Below are positions 26,590 to 34,718 of a DNA stretch of 34,718 nucleotides, in pieces. The notes below the pieces were generated by a model that saw only the letters and a list, made by a program, of their open reading frames with translations, searched no databases and was not told where the DNA came from. How positions within the stretch are numbered: the stretch's first letter is position 1; each line of letters begins with the position of its first letter. The stretch is from positions 1 to 34,718 of the forward strand of contig JBFMCP010000034.1 of NCBI GenBank assembly GCA_040754455.1, in the 5' to 3' direction. Both the position numbers and the translations under genes were made by a program. Source of the stretch: Nitrospirota bacterium. Lineage in GTDB: Bacteria; Nitrospirota; Thermodesulfovibrionia; Thermodesulfovibrionales; Dissulfurispiraceae.

Positions 26590-27273
26590 CTAAAAGAGCC
26601 CCTGCTTCAAGGTGCCATCTTCCATTACATACGTCGGCACTCCCTGTATTCCGGCTCTCTTGGCCTCCATTATATCCTCTTCCACAATTCTTTGTGCCTC
26701 TTTGAGTGCGTCCGCGCCCTTTCCGGTCTTCTTCAGCCACTCTGTCTGCTCGCTGATGGCTTTTTTCTTTGCTTCCGGATGGATCTGCTCAAGAGGGAAA
26801 TGTTTCACAACGATGCGGTATTCTCCGGTGTAGGACCGTATCTTCTCCATCGCTTTTTTGCAATAGGGGCAATCCGGATCAGTGAACATGAAGATGGTTT
26901 TTGTACCTGAGGGGTTATAAACGATCCTGTCCGTTTCCGCAGGCCTGAAATCAAGGCGGCCGAGTTCGGGTTCGAGGCGTCTCTCGAAGACCGGCTTGTT
27001 GTTCACAAAGATCATCGAGTTCGGTACGACGGACTTACCGTCTTTCGATATGAAGAATACAACCGGCATCTTTGCCGTGCCCTGCTTCACATAGACGATG
27101 ACGGCTTTCCAATCGGCTGAATTCGTATCCGCCACTTCCCTGATCTCAAACTCCTTGAGAGGAGTGGCGCTCGTTATGAAGTCATTTGCGACCTTTTTAT
27201 AATCGGGCTTGGCACACGACACGTTGACCAGAACGATAACAAACGCACACACGCACACGACGATCTTTTTCAC
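26590..27273 (-). CDS. DsbC/DsbG-like thioredoxin-fold lipoprotein
   Basis: FTDPDCPYC, KHFPL, GIQGVPT; signal peptide ending VSC; GTG start after AAGGAG. Confidence 0.85.
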   Translation of the reverse strand: MKKIVVCVCAFVIVLVNVSCAKPDYKKVANDFITSATPLKEFEIREVADTNSADWKAVIVYVKQGTAKMPVVFFISKDGKSVVPNSMIFVNNKPVFERRLEPELGRLDFRPAETDRIVYNPSGTKTIFMFTDPDCPYCKKAMEKIRSYTGEYRIVVKHFPLEQIHPEAKKKAISEQTEWLKKTGKGADALKEAQRIVEEDIMEAKRAGIQGVPTYVMEDGTLKQGLF

Positions 27274-27393
27274 GTACTTTCTCCTTCGTGCAATAGATTG
27301 CCTTTTAAGAGAAAGAGTAGCACGGGGAACAATGCTTTTTCAATGCAACGCCGTACACTGCTGCATTGTGGTGATGCTGCCGGGCAGTGTGTG

Positions 27394-27424
27394 AAAGGGA
27401 TGGGCCGCGATGCCCATCCCTTTT
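27394..27424. terminator. Bidirectional terminator-like hairpin after the substrate-binding gene
   Basis: AAAGGGATGGGC/GCCCATCCCTTT, 12-bp stem. Confidence 0.75.
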
Positions 27425-27455
27425 CGATTCCATGACTGCCGACACCGTGTGGGAT

Positions 27456-28211
27456 TTATTTTATATATTTCTGACCCTCGCCTTTAAGGTAGTCGATGAG
27501 CTTCTGTGCGGCGGGAGAGGGGGTGCCTTTGGTGACCAATACCAACGGCCTCAACATTTTGGAACTGGCCACCAACGTAACCTGGGGCGGGAGCTTGTCG
27601 ACGTTTGCCACCGCAATCGACTCAGGCGTTATCACTACAGCATCAGGCGTATCGCCTATGGTATTCACATCGAACACCTCTTTCATGACAGGCTCGCCGC
27701 CCATTATTGTTTTTCTGAACGCATCAAGTCCTCCGCTCGACATTTTGGGCCACACAACAATGATAGGGGCATCTTTTCCACCCACCTCTTTCCAGTTCGT
27801 AATCTTGCCCGAAAAGATGGCCTTGATCTGCTCCCTGGTCAGATTCGATGCGGTGTTTGCGCTGTTGATAATGACACCTGTTTCCTCCTGCGCAACAGTG
27901 AAAGGCACCAGCGATGCTTTATCTTTAACCTGATAGTTGCTTTTCTCCGCCAGCTTCAGCCAGTCTTCCAGGGAAAGACTAGCGCCGGCTATTTCGGCAC
28001 TTCCCGCTTCAAGATTTTTCAATGCATCGACAGGGCTTGCAGGGACAATGCTTACCAAGAGATTTGCATTTTTGAGATGATCCTTCAGCGGAGTGAATAC
28101 CTTGTCCATAAAGGTTTTCCCTGTCGAAACCACGATCTCCTCTGCAAAAACAGGCATACCGCTTCCCAGCAGAAACAGAACAACGAAAGCAACAGACAGT
28201 AATGTTCTCAT
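27456..28211 (-). CDS. PstS-like periplasmic substrate-binding-domain protein
   Basis: Signal peptide; LTREQIKAIFSGKITNWKEVGGKDAPI and RPLVLVT motifs. Confidence 0.85.
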   Translation of the reverse strand: MRTLLSVAFVVLFLLGSGMPVFAEEIVVSTGKTFMDKVFTPLKDHLKNANLLVSIVPASPVDALKNLEAGSAEIAGASLSLEDWLKLAEKSNYQVKDKASLVPFTVAQEETGVIINSANTASNLTREQIKAIFSGKITNWKEVGGKDAPIIVVWPKMSSGGLDAFRKTIMGGEPVMKEVFDVNTIGDTPDAVVITPESIAVANVDKLPPQVTLVASSKMLRPLVLVTKGTPSPAAQKLIDYLKGEGQKYIK

Positions 28212-28330
28212 CCTTTCTCCCTTTCAATAGTAAATATGCTTAAGGTTTAGAAAGCCGGAGGGCCACGATACTGCAGAAGATGGTACAGCCCTCTTCCCCT
28301 GCTGAAATCAATGACATATGGAAGCGAAAA

Positions 28331-28360
28331 AGTATATACGGATGACATTGTGGATGTCAA
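28331..28360 (-). promoter_or_regulatory. Candidate promoter with overlapping inverted repeat
   Basis: Minus strand TTGACA, 18-nt spacer, TATACT; palindrome TGACAT-N5-ATGTCA at 28343-28359. Confidence 0.5.
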
Positions 28361-28483
28361 TAGAATTCCTTCTCGATTTCGTTTCTCCTGCCCGCGCATG
28401 CTATAATAATCAGTCGTTAGTCGTTGAAAAAAGCCGCGTTGCATGAATCATCGGCAGCGTAGGTTATAGATTTTCAAAAGCAG

Positions 28484-29407
28484 TTGGTCATTCGCTCTAT
28501 GTTTTCTTTTCTTCGTATCCGTGCTGCATTCATCGGTGTTCTGTCATTCCTTTGGCTCGCACCGCTTCACGCCATCGCCTCTTCGACCGCTGAAAACGTA
28601 TTGCTCGACAAATACCGGGCGATCGAATCGCAACTGGTCCAGAACCACTTCGGTATGCCCCTCTCCATTGAGTCGACGGAGGGCAAGGACTTTCTGCACG
28701 TCGAGGTCTATAGCATTATCGATCATCCTTTTGCGACCGTACAATCGGCCCTCGGGACGCCTGCACACTGGTGCGATATCGTACCGCTCCATACCAGCAT
28801 CGGCGTCTGCACCTATGCGAAGGCCGACGACGCTCCGCTTCTGATCTTTTACGCAGGGAAAAAAGCTGTCAGCCGCCCTGACAAGGCGCATCAATTGAAG
28901 TACCGCTACCATATACGGTCGAACCGGCCCGGTTACTTCTCCCTGTTGCTCGCTGCGGATGAGGGGCCGCTGGACACCAGGGACCACCGCATTGAGCTTG
29001 AAGCAATGCCCCTATCTGATGGGAAAACTTTTATACACTTCAGCTGCAGCTACCGCCATGGACGGCTCGTCAAGGTGGCCATGAAGGGGTACTTTGCAAC
29101 AGCCGGCAGACACAAGATAGGGTTCAGTCCCGTGGGTACCGACAAGCAGGGCAATCCCGTCTATGTGCGCGGCGTGAAAGGGGCTATTGAGCGCAATGCA
29201 ATGCGGTCGTATCTGGCGATAGTGTCGTATATGGACACGCTTGAGCTTTCAGGCGAGCAGCGGCTGGAACAGCGGCTGAATCGATGGTACGACCTGACCG
29301 AGCGCTATCGGGAACAGTTGCATGAAGTCGAGAAAGGCGAGTATATTGCCGGCAAGAAACAGGGATACAGGACACAGCTTCTGCTTCAGAGCAGACTGTC
29401 CTCCTGA
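28484..29407 (+). CDS. Hypothetical exported protein
   Basis: 307-aa ORF with signal-peptide-like N-terminus; start uncertain (ATG at 28499 possible). Confidence 0.78.
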   Translation: MVIRSMFSFLRIRAAFIGVLSFLWLAPLHAIASSTAENVLLDKYRAIESQLVQNHFGMPLSIESTEGKDFLHVEVYSIIDHPFATVQSALGTPAHWCDIVPLHTSIGVCTYAKADDAPLLIFYAGKKAVSRPDKAHQLKYRYHIRSNRPGYFSLLLAADEGPLDTRDHRIELEAMPLSDGKTFIHFSCSYRHGRLVKVAMKGYFATAGRHKIGFSPVGTDKQGNPVYVRGVKGAIERNAMRSYLAIVSYMDTLELSGEQRLEQRLNRWYDLTERYREQLHEVEKGEYIAGKKQGYRTQLLLQSRLSS

Positions 29408-30018
29408 GAGGCGTGCTGCTCCTCTTTAGGGGTGTCCTGTTCTTTCTCCTCTTCCCATCCCTCGCCGAAAATATACTTCTTGCCGTCGATCTCCACCTCG
29501 ATGCGTCCGGAACCGTTCTTAGGGCGGTCAGCAACCGGCTTCTCCGGGTTCTCGAAAATGAAGCTACCCTTCGGGATCAACCGTATGACCTTGTAATCCT
29601 CGTCGATGAAATAGCTGTAGTTCTCGAAGAAAGGAGCGCCCAGAAGATTTTCAGTGGACGAAGGGATGTAGGCAACGTCATAATACCTCTTCAGGATATT
29701 CCCGGCCTTGATGGAATTGAGCGTAATGATATAGCCTTCGACAACGCCGCCTGCGGTATGCGAATTGAGCCTCCGGCTGGCGTTGAACTCCATGATCCCG
29801 AGGCGCTGTAGTGCGGCACTGTTGAGAACAACGCTGTTGGCCCCGGTATCAAAGACGAGCTCCATGGGCACGCCGTTGATATGCACGGTGACATACTTGA
29901 GACCGCTCCGCTCGGTAAACGGGAGGGCCTCATCAGCCAGGACATTCCCATGGACGAACAGAACGGTCAATAGCGAGGCAAAAAGAGAGAAGGCAGCCAC
30001 GGATAATCTGGCGGTCAT
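29386..30018 (-). CDS. Retropepsin-like (clan AA) aspartic protease, exported
   Basis: VHINGVPMELVFDTGANSVVL, HTAGG, NLLGAPFF; likely start MTARLS at 30018. Confidence 0.88.
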   Translation of the reverse strand: MTARLSVAAFSLFASLLTVLFVHGNVLADEALPFTERSGLKYVTVHINGVPMELVFDTGANSVVLNSAALQRLGIMEFNASRRLNSHTAGGVVEGYIITLNSIKAGNILKRYYDVAYIPSSTENLLGAPFFENYSYFIDEDYKVIRLIPKGSFIFENPEKPVADRPKNGSGRIEVEIDGKKYIFGEGWEEEKEQDTPKEEQHASQEDSLL

Positions 30019-30233
30019 AGCATCCCCCGAATCAAGACCGAAATGGTATATGCATTTTACCATGTCCGGGGAATAATAAAAAGTACACTCAAGAGGGGGA
30101 ACGGTTTTGTTGCAAGCGAGGAAAGCATCAAGCTCTTCACATGGTGTATAATAAAAACGTTGTGTCGAAACTAGTACAAACGTTGGAGCTGCCTCTCCCC
30201 GGAGTTATTTCTCCCCTGCACAGGACCAGGTAG

Positions 30234-31154
30234 ATGCCAGCAGTTCTATTATCAATCGTCCTCCTGGTAAGCACCTTTTATTCGACAATTGGGATCCGCG
30301 ACCGGATGCCGCAGAGGGCCCCCGTCGTGCTCGGACCGCAGGATGTCTGCACCGACCGGTGGACCTGTTACGATCCTCCCGATATCGCAGCTGTGTGGGA
30401 TGCAGTTGCACAGGGGAAACGCCCGCTGAAAATCGCCTCGTACAACGTCCATAAGTGTACCGGTATGGACTTCAAAAGAGACCCCGAACGGGTTGCCGCA
30501 GTCATACGCTCGCTCGATGCTGACATCATTTCACTCCAGGAGGTCCTGTCCGATCCTGGGGACGTTGCCTCCGCACAGGTACGCTACCTTGCAGAGAAGA
30601 CCGGGATGTACATGGCCGTTGCCGGCCCTACAAAACAAAAAAAGGACGGCAGATACGGCAACGCGCTGCTGAGCCGTTTTCCTATTACCGAAGTGAGGCT
30701 CCACGATATCAGCCTCGGCACATTCGAGCCCCGGGGGGTAATCGATGCGGATATCATGGTCGGAGATCTACCCGTGCGTGTGATCTCCACGCACCTCGGC
30801 TTATTGCCGATGGAGCGGTATCGTCAGGTGGATCGACTGATGGAGATACTGCCCAAGCGGTTCGGGTCTCCCCTGATCGTAATGGGCGATATGAATGGCT
30901 GGATACCGGGAAGCCCGGTGCTGCGGCGCCTGCAGGAGCGGTTGGGAGAGCCTGTAACAATGGCGTCCTATCCCGCGGCGCTCCCCCTTCTGCCGCTGGA
31001 CCGGATATGGGTCCTGCCCTCCGAACACGTGCGAAAGGCCGAGACGCGCCTCTCCAGGTTGACCAAGGTCGCCTCAGACCATTTGCCCCTCGTCACCTCG
31101 GTCTATCTTCGCGGCAAGCCGCCACAGGCGCCCTCCGCCGATCTCTCTCAATGA
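30234..31154 (+). CDS. Endonuclease/exonuclease/phosphatase (EEP) family protein
   Basis: ASYNVH, DIISLQEV, YGNALLSR, STHLG, MGDMN, LDRI, ASDHLPL. Confidence 0.92.
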   Translation: MPAVLLSIVLLVSTFYSTIGIRDRMPQRAPVVLGPQDVCTDRWTCYDPPDIAAVWDAVAQGKRPLKIASYNVHKCTGMDFKRDPERVAAVIRSLDADIISLQEVLSDPGDVASAQVRYLAEKTGMYMAVAGPTKQKKDGRYGNALLSRFPITEVRLHDISLGTFEPRGVIDADIMVGDLPVRVISTHLGLLPMERYRQVDRLMEILPKRFGSPLIVMGDMNGWIPGSPVLRRLQERLGEPVTMASYPAALPLLPLDRIWVLPSEHVRKAETRLSRLTKVASDHLPLVTSVYLRGKPPQAPSADLSQ

Positions 31155-31181
31155 GAGACAGGAGAAGAAGACAGATATTTT

Positions 31182-32048
31182 TCAGAACTTGAACTTGTGG
31201 AGTATCTTCGCTTTGTCCGGTCTCTTCAGCTTGATCCCGTCCTCGCGCAGGTCAATGAACCCTTCTTTATAGAGCCCGCCGATGGCCTTTTTGAATGTCT
31301 TCTTGCTCATCTGGAGTGCTGCCCGTATTTCTTCCGGAGGGCTATTGTCGGTGAGCGGCAGGAAGCGCTTGCCGGCTTCCAACTTTTCCAAAATCACTCT
31401 CTTTGCTTCCTCGATGTCCTCGATGCCGCCCTTTTTGAGCATGACATCGATCTTTTTGTCTTCCCGTATTCTCTTCACGAAGCCTTTGACCCTGTCGCCG
31501 ATGTGCAGCTCCTGGAACACCTCGTTTTTATAGAGCATCCCGAAATAGCAGTCATTAATGATGACTTTTATCCCGATATCGGTAAACTGGTAGACCAGAA
31601 GATCGACCGCATCCCCTTCGCGCAGCCGTATTTCATTCCTTTCGATGAACCGGTCGATCTTTGTGCTGCCGGTGATCCGATCCGTCCGCTCATCCAGAAA
31701 AATCCGTACAATGTACCTTCTGCCCGCCGCCATTTTCTGCTGCTGCTCTTTATAGGGCACGAGCAGGTCTTTTTCAAGGCCCCAGTCGAGAAAGGCACCG
31801 ACGTTGGTTATTTCCTTTACTTTCAGATAAGCGAATTCCCCGACGGATGCCTTGGGAACGAGGGTCGTCGCAATTAACCTGTTCTCGGGGTCTTTGTAGA
31901 TGAACACCTCCAGGATGTCACCGACTTCAGTCCCCTGAGGCACATATTTACGGGGCAGCAAGATATCCCCGGCTTCGGAATCGAGATAGACGCCGAAGTC
32001 CACTGCTCTGATGACCTTCAAACGATGACGTCTGCCTATTTTTAACAT
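31182..32048 (-). CDS. CvfB-like S1 RNA-binding protein
   Basis: DFGVYLD, GAFLDWGLEKDLLVP, MSKKTFKKAIGGLYKE. Confidence 0.92.
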   Translation of the reverse strand: MLKIGRRHRLKVIRAVDFGVYLDSEAGDILLPRKYVPQGTEVGDILEVFIYKDPENRLIATTLVPKASVGEFAYLKVKEITNVGAFLDWGLEKDLLVPYKEQQQKMAAGRRYIVRIFLDERTDRITGSTKIDRFIERNEIRLREGDAVDLLVYQFTDIGIKVIINDCYFGMLYKNEVFQELHIGDRVKGFVKRIREDKKIDVMLKKGGIEDIEEAKRVILEKLEAGKRFLPLTDNSPPEEIRAALQMSKKTFKKAIGGLYKEGFIDLREDGIKLKRPDKAKILHKFKF

Positions 32049-32278
32049 GATTATCCCGTGCGCGAGTGCACTCTATTCTCATTGTAACACCGGGTAAAAG
32101 TCAATGAAAAGAAAATGGGAGTGAGAGGGAGAGAGCCACTGCCCCCGGATTACGCTTCAAAAATTTGACATTCAGTTGCATTGCCGTACCATTAGAGTTA
32201 AGAGGTGATTTCCCCGGACAATAATAAAAGCGTCCCGACCGGTTTCAGAAACAGCAATCTGACAAGGAGGTCATATCG

Positions 32279-32602
32279 ATGAGAACGTATGGTGTCATTG
32301 CAATCTTTGTTATGATCTTTGCCTTGATTACGGCGGCCGGCTGCAAAAAGGCTGAAGAGCCGACATCCCCTCCACCTGTGCCTAAAGCAGAGCCTGCAAC
32401 ACCGCCTACTCCCGCTCCCAGTCTGACGCCAGCGCCGGGACCGGAGAGGTCCGTTCCCGCTCCGCCCACGCAAACACCACCGACCCCCGCGCCGGGGCTT
32501 ACTCCGACCCCGGGGCCTGAAAAACGACAAAGGGGGGGGAGTCCTCAAGAGGACGCAGCAGCCAGAACGCCTCAGCAAAAGAGAGGGACCGGAGGATATT
32601 AG
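32279..32602 (+). CDS. Small Pro/Thr-rich lipoprotein
   Basis: SD AAGGAGGT; lipobox AAGC; internal repeat PTPAPSLTPAPGPE / PTPAPGLTPTPGPE; upstream TTGACA-16-TACCAT at 32165-32192. Confidence 0.75.
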   Translation: MRTYGVIAIFVMIFALITAAGCKKAEEPTSPPPVPKAEPATPPTPAPSLTPAPGPERSVPAPPTQTPPTPAPGLTPTPGPEKRQRGGSPQEDAAARTPQQKRGTGGY

Positions 32603-32654
32603 GTTGAGCGTTAGACCGCCTACAGGAACTGTCAGGGAGGAGAATACCCAGATC

Positions 32655-34472
32655 CTACACACCGAGGTGGCGCCGTATCTCCCCGATGAACTCTTGTCCG
32701 TATCGTTCGAGCTTGGTATCGCCGACGCCGCTGATCATTCTCATGGCGGATTCGGTAGTAGGGAAGCGGCGGCACATCTCCTGCAGGGTCTTGTCTGAAA
32801 ATATGATGTACGGCGGAACGTGCTGTGCGTCCGCCAGTTTTTTTCTGATACTGCGCAGCCGCTCGAAGAGGGCCTGGTTGTATTCACCCGATTCTTCGGT
32901 CTTTTCTTTCACTACCCCGGCCCTGACCTCTTCCCTTCGTAGGGCGGTGATCGTTGCCCTGCCGAACAGGATATCGGAGCCTTTTTTCGTGATCTTCAGC
33001 ACCGGGTACGAGTCGCCTTCCTGCACAAGCGCTTCCTGCGCAATGAGTTCACCGGCAATGGAACGCCAGTAGCGTTTGTCCTTGCCTTTGCCTGCACCGT
33101 AGGTCTTGATCTCGTTATGCTTGAGCTCGCGGATGCGCCTGGTCTCCGCGCCGGTTACGATGTCGACAATGTGGCCTGTCCCGAACCGCTGTCCTGTCCT
33201 CGATACCGCCGACATGAGAATCTGCGCCTCGATGGTTATGTCGACCTGTTCGACCTTGCCGGTGCAGATGTCACAGGCAGCGCAGTTGTCGCGGGGATAC
33301 CCCTCGCCGAAAAAACCGAGGAGCTGTTTTCTCCTGCAGACGTTGTGCGAGGCATAGCCCGCCATCTGGTTCAGCTTTTCGAGCGCGATGGTACGCTCTT
33401 TGTCATCCGCTATGCTGTCGATGAAGTAACGGATCCTGGGAATATCTCCCCTTCCGAAAAAAAGCAGGCAGCGGGCCGTGCCGCCGTCACGCCCTGCCCT
33501 GCCGGTTTCCTGGTAATAACCTTCGATATTTTTGGGAAGGTCGGCGTGGATGACAAAGCGCACGTTCGATTTATCGATGCCCATGCCGAACGCAACGGTA
33601 GCAACGATCACCTGGACCTCGTCCCTGTTGAATGCTTCCTGGTTCTGTTTCCGTTCTTCGGCCGACAACCCCGCATGGTAGGGCAGTGCCGCAACACCTT
33701 TTGATTGCAGAAGCACCGTTGTCTCCATCACCGAATCACGGGTCGTCCGGTAAACGATCCCAGATTCTCCGGGATGCTCCTTGAGAAACTCGAGTATCTG
33801 CACTCCCACTTTCGCTTTCGGCTTCACCTCATAGAAGAGGTTCGGGCGGTTGAAGGAAGCGCGCACGATATGCGGCTTTTTGAGACCGAGCTTGGTGATA
33901 ATGTCCTCCTGGACCTTTTTGGTTGCCGTCGCCGTAAAGGCGGCAACCGGAATCTCAGAGAACACCTCTTTGATAAGCGAGAGGCCGAGATAGTCGGGAC
34001 GGAAATCATGTCCCCATTCTGAAATGCAGTGCGCCTCGTCTATGGCAAAGAGTGATATCGCACAGGCCTTCAACCTTTCGAGGAAGTGCTGCATGGCAAA
34101 GCGCTCGGGCGCGATATAGAGCAGCTTAAGCTTGTTGTACTGCAGCATGCGATAGACGTCGGCGATTTCATCGCCGGTCATCGAGCTGTTCATGAAGGCA
34201 GCTGAAATCCCGTTCTCGACCGCTGCATCCACCTGGTCTTTCATCAGCGAGATAAGCGGGCTGATGACGACTGCGGTACCCTGCATCATCGTCGCCGGGA
34301 GCTGATAGCACAGCGATTTCCCGCCGCCGGTAGGCATGACCGCAAAGACGTCCTTGCCGTCGAGAATGCTCCTGATAATGGATTCCTGATTCGGACGAAA
34401 CTCCTCGAACCCGAAGACTGTCTTCAGGGTATCGGTTATCGCGGGTTCATGATATCCGTTGTATCCGTGCAT
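32655..34472 (-). CDS. recQ: ATP-dependent DNA helicase RecQ
   Basis: MPTGGGKSLCYQ, DEAHCISEWGHDFRPDY, ATVAFGMGIDK, QETGRAGRDG; Zn-binding, RQC and HRDC domains. Confidence 0.98.
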   Translation of the reverse strand: MHGYNGYHEPAITDTLKTVFGFEEFRPNQESIIRSILDGKDVFAVMPTGGGKSLCYQLPATMMQGTAVVISPLISLMKDQVDAAVENGISAAFMNSSMTGDEIADVYRMLQYNKLKLLYIAPERFAMQHFLERLKACAISLFAIDEAHCISEWGHDFRPDYLGLSLIKEVFSEIPVAAFTATATKKVQEDIITKLGLKKPHIVRASFNRPNLFYEVKPKAKVGVQILEFLKEHPGESGIVYRTTRDSVMETTVLLQSKGVAALPYHAGLSAEERKQNQEAFNRDEVQVIVATVAFGMGIDKSNVRFVIHADLPKNIEGYYQETGRAGRDGGTARCLLFFGRGDIPRIRYFIDSIADDKERTIALEKLNQMAGYASHNVCRRKQLLGFFGEGYPRDNCAACDICTGKVEQVDITIEAQILMSAVSRTGQRFGTGHIVDIVTGAETRRIRELKHNEIKTYGAGKGKDKRYWRSIAGELIAQEALVQEGDSYPVLKITKKGSDILFGRATITALRREEVRAGVVKEKTEESGEYNQALFERLRSIRKKLADAQHVPPYIIFSDKTLQEMCRRFPTTESAMRMISGVGDTKLERYGQEFIGEIRRHLGV

Positions 34473-34718
34473 GGCTCATTTTTTAACATGGAGGGAATAC
34501 GTGGTTTATATCGTGCAGTTGACACATAAGCAGGGCATTCTCGCCCCTTCATGAATTTGAAACAATGCCGAACGAATAAGTCGTGATTATTCTAGGTTGT
34601 GTTTGCAAACTCTATTTCAGCCATAGGAATATGGCAGCGATGATCCACAGTGCCTTATAGCTGTCTGCTCTTTTATCATATCGAGTAGCCAGTCCTCTGA
34701 AGTGCTTATAGAGATTCA

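Noticed and set aside
1..34718. CRISPR array, tRNA, rRNA, prophage or defence genes
   Set aside because: No regularly spaced repeats, cloverleafs or recognisable phage/defence proteins were seen by eye.

Overview
Bacterial chromosomal window of moderate GC. The gene repertoire suggests a Nitrospirota/Desulfobacterota-like anaerobe; this is inference, not a database result. It opens with the 3' end of an IS1202/ISNCY-like element, then hsp20 and mtgA. A long minus-strand housekeeping run follows: ruvA-ruvB-queH-DUF2905-spoIID-queA-SPOR-phoH-7TM/HD-ybeY-dgkA, plus a hidden TGA-interrupted gene. Next come an HI0933/YhiN flavoprotein, sppA, an RlmL-like methyltransferase, YgiQ radical SAM, marC, dodecin and an OFA-family MFS transporter. 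An accessory block holds DUF2267, DUF2769, a three-gene exported Cys-rich/TPR-PDZ-thioredoxin operon, DsbC-like, PstS-like, an aspartyl protease, EEP, CvfB, a Pro-rich lipoprotein and recQ. The most notable signals are non-coding. (1) A duplicated promoter + c-di-GMP-I (GEMM) aptamer + terminator cassette, one copy of which has no gene downstream and points antisense into the MFS gene. (2) Two diverged copies of an unrecognised ~165-nt structured element upstream of ruvA and ygiQ, whose G-U wobble pattern favours a minus-strand RNA. phoH also appears to start at a non-canonical ACG codon.
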